This document shows positions 57,734-64,000 of a stretch of DNA of 64,000 bases, piece after piece. Each line of letters begins with the position of its first letter. Positions within the stretch are counted from its first letter, which is position 1. The notes below the pieces were generated by a model, which saw only the letters and a list, made by a program, of their open reading frames with translations, searched no databases and was not told the origin of the DNA. Position numbers and translations under genes: made by a program. The stretch comes from Sphingopyxis sp. Its GTDB lineage: Bacteria > Pseudomonadota > Alphaproteobacteria > Sphingomonadales > Sphingomonadaceae. The stretch is taken from the NCBI RefSeq assembly GCF_035998905.1, contig NZ_DASYHG010000009.1, positions 1 to 64,000 of the forward strand, read 5' to 3'.

Positions 57734-60702
57734 GCCCCTTCCTCGCCCCGCCCGAACCATTCGTCGCGGCGCATCAGCTGGTCGTAATCGCCATAGCTCG
57801 CGCCCTCGCCCGGCACGAAGGGCGCGTCGCTGAACAGATAGAGTGCCGCGAGTGCTGCCAGCGCGCCGGCGGCATGGTCGATCGCCGCTTCGGCGCTCTT
57901 GAGGTCGCTGCGCGATCCATAGGTGTTCGACACCTTGCCCGCACCGCCCGCGCGGCGGTCGGGCCGCAGGCTCCAATACTCGAGCGCGCCGACCGGTGCC
58001 GCCTCGACGCCCTTTATGCCGCCTTCGCGCGCGATCAGCCCGAGCAGACCGAGCTGGTTGTCGAGCTTGTCGAACGCCGCCTTCGCGCTCGGCGCCCCAC
58101 CCGATTTATAATCGACGATCGCGAGCCTGCCCTCTTCGTCGCGGTCGATCCGGTCGGCCTTGCCATGCAGCGTCACCCCGTCGACCCCGATCTCGCCCTG
58201 CGCCTCGACGGCAAGCGGCTTGCGTTCGCCCGCGTCCCACACGCGCGCGGCCGCCCAGCGCAGCGCAGGTTCGATGCGCGGCAGCCAGAAGGCGCGCGCG
58301 ATGGCGTCGAGCGCCGGGTCGCCCGCCAGCGCGCACAGTTCGGCCTCGAACCCCTCGCGCGTCGCGCCGCCGCGAACCCAATCCTCGAACATTTTATGCA
58401 CCCGCGTCCCGCGCCAGCGCGGATCTGGCGCGGCGCTCAGCGGATCGAGCGCCGACAGCCCGAGCATCTGGTTGGCGTAAAAGGCAAAGGGATCGCGCGC
58501 GAGCCGATCGACCGCGGTGACGCTGATCCGGCGCGGGCGATCTGCGGCGGGCGGTTTCGGCGCGGGTTTGCCGATCGGCTGCGCGCCGCCCACGGGCACG
58601 TCGAGCTCGGCCGCGAGCCGCGTCAAAGGGATCCCGTCCGGCGCCGGGTCGGGCAGATCGCCCGCGAGCGCCGCGAGCCGCAACCAGAAGCGCGACGCGA
58701 CCGCCGGATCGCCGCCGCTCCGCTCGGCGCGCGTCACGACGATCTCGCGCGCGGCGAGCGCGCTGGCAAAATCATGCGCCGCCATCCCCTGCTGGCGCTC
58801 GGGCGCGGGCAGGCCGAGCAACCGCCGGATGCCCGGCGCGAGCCAAGGGTCGGGCTGCGTCGCCGCGGGCCAGCGCCCTTCGTCGAGGCCCCCGAGGATC
58901 ATCAAGTCGGCGCGCTGCAACCGCGCCTCGAGAAGGCCCCAGATGAAAAGCCGCGGATGCCCGCCATAGGGCGGCCGCACGCTCGCCTGCCCGAGCAATT
59001 GGCCCAGCATGTCGGGAAAATCGGCGGGATCGACCAGCGCCGGACCATCGCCGCGCGCGAGCGCCCACTGGTCGAACAGCTCGGCGAGCATTCGGCCCGC
59101 CGGCCCCGCCCAGACCGCATCGCCCGTCAGCCACTCGACACCCTTCTGCAACGCCGCCAGCAAGATCGCGGGCGGCGCGGATGCCGATGCGAAAGGCGCG
59201 AGCGCCGCTCCGAGCGCGCCTGACACTTCGTCCCACCACGGCTGCAATTCCGCCGCACGGCCATGACCCCGCGCCTTCGGATCGGCAACTCGCGCGGCGA
59301 TGCGCGCACTCACCCCGTCCCATCCCGGCGTCAGCCCCGGCTCGCGGAGCAGCAAGTCGAAGCGCCGCAACTGGTCGAGCCACGGCGTCCGCCCTTCGCC
59401 CTTTCGCACCAGCGGGTGCCCAAGCAGCGACACCAGCGCGACCGGGTCGAAGTCTGCCGCCAGCTTTGCGAGCAGCAACAGCAGCGCCCCCGGCGGGGTG
59501 CGCGACAGGGGCTGGCCCGCGCTGTCGTCGACCGAAATCCCCCAGCGCGCGAGCGCCGCCGCGACGCGCTCGGCAAGCCCCCGATCGGGGGTCACCAGCG
59601 CCGCGGTGCGACCCGGCGTTTCGATGGCATGCCGCATCAGCAGCGCGATCCCCTGCGCCTCCTGCCCGTCGTCGGCGAATACCGCGCCCGATATCCCTGC
59701 GGTTGCGGCCGACAGGTCGCCCGCGGCCTGCCACTGCACGGTATAATCGGCGGGTGCGAAGAGCAGCGAGACGAAGGGCGTGCGCGCCGCGGGGCCGTCG
59801 AACGCCGACGCCGCGTCCCATTCGACGACCTCGTCGCGCGCCACGCCCATGCGATCGAGCAGCAGCTTCAGATGATATTGCGGATGCGTCTCCAGCGGCC
59901 GCGCCGGGTCTTCGGGGTCGGCCCGCGTCGGACCCAGCGCCTGCCACTCCTCCGCCGTCATGACCTGATCGACGCCGGGCAGCACGACCATCCCGCGCTC
60001 CATGTTCGCAACGGTCCGCAGCAGCCGTGCGATCGCGGGCGCTGCGGTCGTGATCCCCGCCGCAACGACAAAGCGCGCGGGCGGCACGGCACGCCAGCCC
60101 GCCGTCACGCGGTCGAGCAGCCGGTTGCGCCGCTCGGCGCGGTCGATACCGCCGGCCTTCGCGAGGACGGCGGGCCAGTGATCGACGAGCAGCCGCAGCC
60201 GCCCCAGCGACGCCTGCCAATGCCCGGCAAAGGCGCCGAGGTCGAGATCGACGAGGTCGGCGACCCGCGCTTCCTCATAATGCAGCTGGTCGATCACCCG
60301 CGCGAGTCCGTCGGCAAGCTGGAACGCCGCCGCACCGGCAATCGGCGGTTCGCCTGCGGGCGTGTGCCGCTCGATCAGTTCGGCGAGCAGTAGGCGGCGG
60401 CGTAGCGGATCGATCGCTGGCGGAACCGGAGCATCGTCGATCGGGTCCAGCGCGAGTGCAACGCTCTCATCGAGATCGGCGTCGCCGATCACCGCCAGCC
60501 GCGGCATCAGCAGGCCCCGCCCTCCCGCACGCACAAAGGCTGCCTGCACCGCGCTGCGCGCCCGATTGCTCGGCAGCAGGATCAGCCCCTCTGCCAACCC
60601 CAGCGCGCCATCCGCAAAGCGTTCGATCAGCCCGGCGGCAAGCGCATCGGCGAAGGCCCGGTGGACCGGGATCGAAAAGACGCGCGGCTTCGCGTCAGCC
60701 AT
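57730..60702 (-). CDS. addB: double-strand break repair protein AddB (alphaproteobacterial type)
   Basis: 990 aa from MADAKPRVFSIPVHRAFADALAAGL, with a C-terminal PD-(D/E)XK nuclease motif (IVDYKSG). Overlaps the addA start by 4 nt. Confidence 0.85.
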   Translation of the reverse strand: MADAKPRVFSIPVHRAFADALAAGLIERFADGALGLAEGLILLPSNRARSAVQAAFVRAGGRGLLMPRLAVIGDADLDESVALALDPIDDAPVPPAIDPLRRRLLLAELIERHTPAGEPPIAGAAAFQLADGLARVIDQLHYEEARVADLVDLDLGAFAGHWQASLGRLRLLVDHWPAVLAKAGGIDRAERRNRLLDRVTAGWRAVPPARFVVAAGITTAAPAIARLLRTVANMERGMVVLPGVDQVMTAEEWQALGPTRADPEDPARPLETHPQYHLKLLLDRMGVARDEVVEWDAASAFDGPAARTPFVSLLFAPADYTVQWQAAGDLSAATAGISGAVFADDGQEAQGIALLMRHAIETPGRTAALVTPDRGLAERVAAALARWGISVDDSAGQPLSRTPPGALLLLLAKLAADFDPVALVSLLGHPLVRKGEGRTPWLDQLRRFDLLLREPGLTPGWDGVSARIAARVADPKARGHGRAAELQPWWDEVSGALGAALAPFASASAPPAILLAALQKGVEWLTGDAVWAGPAGRMLAELFDQWALARGDGPALVDPADFPDMLGQLLGQASVRPPYGGHPRLFIWGLLEARLQRADLMILGGLDEGRWPAATQPDPWLAPGIRRLLGLPAPERQQGMAAHDFASALAAREIVVTRAERSGGDPAVASRFWLRLAALAGDLPDPAPDGIPLTRLAAELDVPVGGAQPIGKPAPKPPAADRPRRISVTAVDRLARDPFAFYANQMLGLSALDPLSAAPDPRWRGTRVHKMFEDWVRGGATREGFEAELCALAGDPALDAIARAFWLPRIEPALRWAAARVWDAGERKPLAVEAQGEIGVDGVTLHGKADRIDRDEEGRLAIVDYKSGGAPSAKAAFDKLDNQLGLLGLIAREGGIKGVEAAPVGALEYWSLRPDRRAGGAGKVSNTYGSRSDLKSAEAAIDHAAGALAALAALYLFSDAPFVPGEGASYGDYDQLMRRDEWFGRGEEGA

Positions 60703-61414
60703 CCGTCAGCGCGGCTTCGGTCGGCGCGATGCTCGCCGGGGTGCCGACGTCGAACCATTGCCCCATGTGCGACAAGCCATAGAGCCGCCCCGCCGCGATC
60801 GCGCGGTCCCACAATATGTTCGTCGAAAAAGCCCCCTCGGGCGCATCGTCGAGCAGGCGCGGCGAAATGAGCTGGATGCCGGTGTAGACGAAGGGCGCGA
60901 TCCGTCCGGGCTTGCGCCGCGACAATCGCCCCGCGGGGTCCATATGGAAATCGCCGCGCCCGCCATGCCCCGTCGCGCTCGCCTGCCGGATCAGCAGCAG
61001 CAGCGCATCCATCCGCTCGCCGTCCCAGTGGCGCGCTAGGTGCCGGATGCTGTCCTCGGGTCCGTCGGTCCAGATATTGTCGCTGTTGACGATCAGGATC
61101 GGGTCGCCCTTGAGCTGCGGTAGCGCCTTGACCATCCCGCCCCCGGTTTCGAGCAACAGGTCGCGCTCGTCCGAAATCGAAATCGTGAAATTGCGCTTCT
61201 GCGCCGCGAGATGTGCTTCGAGCGCGTCGGCGAGGTAATGGACGTTGACGACGACATGCCCGACCCCCGCCGCCTCGATCCGGTCGAGGCTGTGGTCGAT
61301 CAGCGCCTTGCCCGCAACGCGCACCAGCGGCTTCGGCCGCGTCGCGGTCAACGGCCGCATCCGTTTGCCGATCCCCGCCGCCATCACCATCGCGCTTTCG
61401 ATCTTCACGCTCAT
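60695..61414 (-). CDS. murU: nucleotidyltransferase, MurU-like (N-acetylmuramate alpha-1-phosphate uridylyltransferase family)
   Basis: Starts MSVKIESAMVMAAGIGKRMRPLTATRPKPLV after a GGAGG RBS, the sugar-nucleotidyltransferase G-loop. Adjacent to an AmgK-like kinase. Confidence 0.65.
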   Translation of the reverse strand: MSVKIESAMVMAAGIGKRMRPLTATRPKPLVRVAGKALIDHSLDRIEAAGVGHVVVNVHYLADALEAHLAAQKRNFTISISDERDLLLETGGGMVKALPQLKGDPILIVNSDNIWTDGPEDSIRHLARHWDGERMDALLLLIRQASATGHGGRGDFHMDPAGRLSRRKPGRIAPFVYTGIQLISPRLLDDAPEGAFSTNILWDRAIAAGRLYGLSHMGQWFDVGTPASIAPTEAALTDG

Positions 61415-62394
61415 TTCCACGCCTCCGCCCGTTTGGAAGCGGGGACATTGGCGTCGAACCATTGCCGGACGGGGACAAGCGCAGGATGCGCGAGGTCGCG
61501 TTCGAGCAGGCCCCACATGCGCGGCTGGAAGCTCCTGTAGTGCGGCTTGTTGTCGCGTTTCCACAAGCGGACGAAAACGCCGAGGATACGCGTGTTGCGC
61601 TGCGCGGCGAGCGCCCAATAGGCGGCTTCGATATTCCGCCCCGTCACCGACTGATAGCGCGCGAGCATCGCCGCTTCGACCGTCGGCGAAACATCGCGCC
61701 GGGCATCCTCGAGCACCGACGCCAAGTCATAGGCCGGATGCCCGACGAGCGCGTCCTGGAAATCGAGCAGACCGTAATGCGCGATGCCGTCCTGCCCCTC
61801 TACCAGCATGATATTCTCGGCATGAAAATCGCGCAGCACAGTGACGCGCGGAAGGCCGTCGGCCTCGACGGGCGCGAGCACCTTTTCCCACGCCGCGCGG
61901 AAGGCATCGCGATCGACATCGATCTCCAGCGCCGGGCAATACCAGTCGCTGAACAGCATCACTTCGTCGAGCCATTGATCGAGGCCGTGCACGGGCAGCC
62001 CGCCCATCGCCGGCCGCGCATGGAGGTGGACGAGCAGGTCGGTCAGCCCGGTGTAATAGTCCGCCTCGCTATGCAGCTTTTCGTCGACCGTCTCGCGCAG
62101 CCGCACGTCGCCGAAATCCTCGATCAGGAGGAGCCCGCGGTCGAGATCGCGCGCGATGATCGTCGGCGCGTTGAGCCCCTGGTCGCAAAGATATTCGGCG
62201 ACCGCGATGAACGGTCGCGGATCCTCGTGCGGCGGCGGCGCGTCCATCAGCACCGCCTGCCGGTCGCCGTCGACGACGCGGAAATAGCGCCGGAACGACG
62301 CATCGCCGGCGAGCGGCAAAATCTGGGCATCGCCCCAGCCATGCGCGGCAAGGAAAGCCGGGGCGTGGGCGGGCGGAATCATCGGAGCGGCCAT
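61411..62394 (-). CDS. amgK: aminoglycoside-phosphotransferase-fold kinase, AmgK-like (anomeric MurNAc/GlcNAc kinase family)
   Basis: Starts at MAAPMIPPA after a GGGGAG RBS. APH-fold motifs (VLMDAP... and the HRD-like RDFHAENIM). Its start overlaps the tsaE stop by 16 nt. Confidence 0.65.
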   Translation of the reverse strand: MAAPMIPPAHAPAFLAAHGWGDAQILPLAGDASFRRYFRVVDGDRQAVLMDAPPPHEDPRPFIAVAEYLCDQGLNAPTIIARDLDRGLLLIEDFGDVRLRETVDEKLHSEADYYTGLTDLLVHLHARPAMGGLPVHGLDQWLDEVMLFSDWYCPALEIDVDRDAFRAAWEKVLAPVEADGLPRVTVLRDFHAENIMLVEGQDGIAHYGLLDFQDALVGHPAYDLASVLEDARRDVSPTVEAAMLARYQSVTGRNIEAAYWALAAQRNTRILGVFVRLWKRDNKPHYRSFQPRMWGLLERDLAHPALVPVRQWFDANVPASKRAEAWK

Positions 62395-62831
62395 CTTGCT
62401 CCCCAAGCGGGCGGCACCGACGCTGTCAAGGCGCGCGCGTCGCCCTCACCCGAAATCCTGAGCAGCAGCGCGCCCGGCCAGCTTTCGCCGCCCAGCCGTT
62501 CGGGCCATTCGATCAGCAGCGCGCCATCGTAAAGATAATCGTCGAGGCCGAGTTCGATCAGTTCGTCCTCGTCTTCGATCCGGTAAAGGTCGACATGCGC
62601 TATCGGCAGGTCGACCTCGGGCGGCGCATAGGGCTGGACGATCGCGAAGGTCGGGCTCGGCGCCTCGCCCGCGAGCCCCCGCGCCTTCAGCATCGCGCGC
62701 GCCAGCGTCGTCTTGCCCGCGCCGAGGTCGCCCGATAGCAGCACGACATCGCCCGCCGCGAGCGCCGCCCCGATCGCCGCCCCGATCCGCCCGGCGTCGC
62801 GGAGTTCATATTGCATAGAGAAATCGGTCAT
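62379..62831 (-). CDS. tsaE: tRNA threonylcarbamoyladenosine biosynthesis protein TsaE (YjeE)
   Basis: 150 aa with a Walker A P-loop in the TsaE-specific context (LLSGDLGAGKTTLARAML...SPTFAIV). Confidence 0.8.
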   Translation of the reverse strand: MTDFSMQYELRDAGRIGAAIGAALAAGDVVLLSGDLGAGKTTLARAMLKARGLAGEAPSPTFAIVQPYAPPEVDLPIAHVDLYRIEDEDELIELGLDDYLYDGALLIEWPERLGGESWPGALLLRISGEGDARALTASVPPAWGARWPLR

Positions 62832-64000
62832 GCGCCGCGCGGCAGGCTGATCCGCACGAGCGTGCCCTGCCCCTGCTCGCTCATCACTTCCATCGTCCCG
62901 CGATGCGCCGCGACGAGTTGGCGCGCGAGCGCGAGGCCGATCCCGCCCGTATCGGTGCCCGACTGCTGCCCCCTGGCGACCGCGGCCGCCGCTTCGGGCA
63001 TCCCGGGGCCATTGTCGGACACGATGATGTCGATGCCGCGCGCGTCGCCGTCGGCGTGGAGCAGCACCCGCGCGCCCGACTTGCGCGACGGCAGGGTGAA
63101 GCGCACCGCATTGTCGAGCAATCCCGCGACGAGCCGCGACAGCCGCGGCGCATCGCCTTCGATCGTGCCGAGGTTCGCCGAGATATTGCCGACAAGTTCG
63201 ACCTTTTCGCTTTTCGCGAAGCCCTTCGCATCGGCGAGTGCGTCTTCAAGCAGCGCGCCGATGTCGACCGGCGCGCGCTCGATCGCGAGCGTACCCGCCT
63301 CGCCCTGCGCCAGATCGAGCACATTATCGATCTGGCGCGAGAGCACCGCGACCGAGTCCATGATCGCATCGATATAGGCGCGCTGCTGGTCGGCGAGCTT
63401 GCCGGCATAGCCCGCCTGCAGCATCTCGCCGAACCCGCCGATCGACGTGAGCGGTGTGCGCAATTCATAGCTCATCCGCGACAGGAAGGCGGTCTTGGCC
63501 TTGTCGGCCGCCTCGAGCGCCTCATTGCGTTCGCGCAGCGCGCCTTCCATCTTCCGGCTCGGGGTGATGTCGAGCATGATCAGTAGCGCATTGCCGTCGG
63601 GCAGCGGAATCGACGCAAAGTCGAAATAGCGGCCGTCGGCGAAGCCGATTTCACCGCCGCGCTGCTGCCGTTCCAGTGTCGCGGCGCGGATGACTTCCTG
63701 CACGACGCTGATCTGGCTCGGCTTGACCAGCCGGTCGGCAAGCCCGCCCATCAGCGCGTCGACGCGCGGATGCGCCGCGAGCGTCGGCTCGTCGATCCCC
63801 CACAGGCGGCGGAAGCGCTGGTTCCACAGATGCAGCCGTCCGTCGGGGGCGAACACCGCGACCGCCTCGAACAGATTGTCGAATGTCGCTGTGCGCACGC
63901 GCAGCAGCGTGTCGCGCGCGCCCGCAAGCTGCACCTGCTCGGTCTTGTCCTCGGCGATCAGCAACAGCCCGCCGTCGGGGGTCGGCTGCGCGACGACGTG
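62828..64000 (-). CDS. PAS domain-containing sensor histidine kinase (partial; 5' end beyond the right edge)
   Basis: The visible part has a PAS region, then the HisKA H-box (FLSRMSYELRTPLTSIGG) and HATPase_c with the G2 box (GTDTGGIGLALAR). The frame stays open to the window end. Confidence 0.75.
   Translation of the reverse strand, partial: HVVAQPTPDGGLLLIAEDKTEQVQLAGARDTLLRVRTATFDNLFEAVAVFAPDGRLHLWNQRFRRLWGIDEPTLAAHPRVDALMGGLADRLVKPSQISVVQEVIRAATLERQQRGGEIGFADGRYFDFASIPLPDGNALLIMLDITPSRKMEGALRERNEALEAADKAKTAFLSRMSYELRTPLTSIGGFGEMLQAGYAGKLADQQRAYIDAIMDSVAVLSRQIDNVLDLAQGEAGTLAIERAPVDIGALLEDALADAKGFAKSEKVELVGNISANLGTIEGDAPRLSRLVAGLLDNAVRFTLPSRKSGARVLLHADGDARGIDIIVSDNGPGMPEAAAAVARGQQSGTDTGGIGLALARQLVAAHRGTMEVMSEQGQGTLVRISLPRGA

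Noticed and set aside
57734-57976. 81-codon upstream extension of addA in the ORF track
   Set aside because: The conserved AddA N-terminus (MTKASRLAELD..., Walker A) starts at 57733, where it overlaps the addB stop by 4 nt. The extension lies inside the addB coding region in another frame.

Overview
This window reads as a high-GC (roughly 65-68% by eye) alphaproteobacterial chromosome segment, most likely Sphingomonadaceae. It is densely packed with about 60 protein genes, mostly core metabolism and housekeeping: etfBA, sucC, an M23 peptidase, msrA, an aspartate aminotransferase, a fused pabB-pabC, fadD-like, an OYE reductase, a Fur-family regulator, class I fumarase, two M20 peptidases, clpA, map, a quinohemoprotein PQQ alcohol dehydrogenase, glnB-glnA, an aldehyde dehydrogenase, argJ, trxA, addA-addB, murU-amgK-tsaE, and a partial PAS histidine kinase at the right edge. 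I saw no integrase, transposase, phage, conjugation or CRISPR genes, and no rRNA. The long ORFs antisense to these genes in the supplied track are high-GC artefacts. I did not find convincing evidence for a discrete, clearly novel multi-gene system. The most unusual things I can support are: (1) two abutting tRNA-like genes whose acceptor stems and one anticodon loop look degenerate, next to an AT-rich tract and a compact three-gene cassette (DUF389 membrane protein, beta-lactamase-fold serine hydrolase, JmjC cupin oxygenase); (2) a lower-GC islet with an orphan secreted protein sitting where clpS would normally precede clpA; (3) a YjgR/HerA-like (DUF853/DUF87) ATPase of unknown function; (4) a cytoplasmic animal-heme-peroxidase-family enzyme with repeated motifs in its promoter; (5) a GST N-terminal remnant beside an orphan membrane-anchored protein; (6) several near-perfect palindromic candidate operators; and (7) a small leader ORF translationally coupled to msrA. 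Gene calls come from reading the six-frame translations against known families. Start sites were adjusted by hand using RBS and signal-peptide logic, and nothing was computed or searched.
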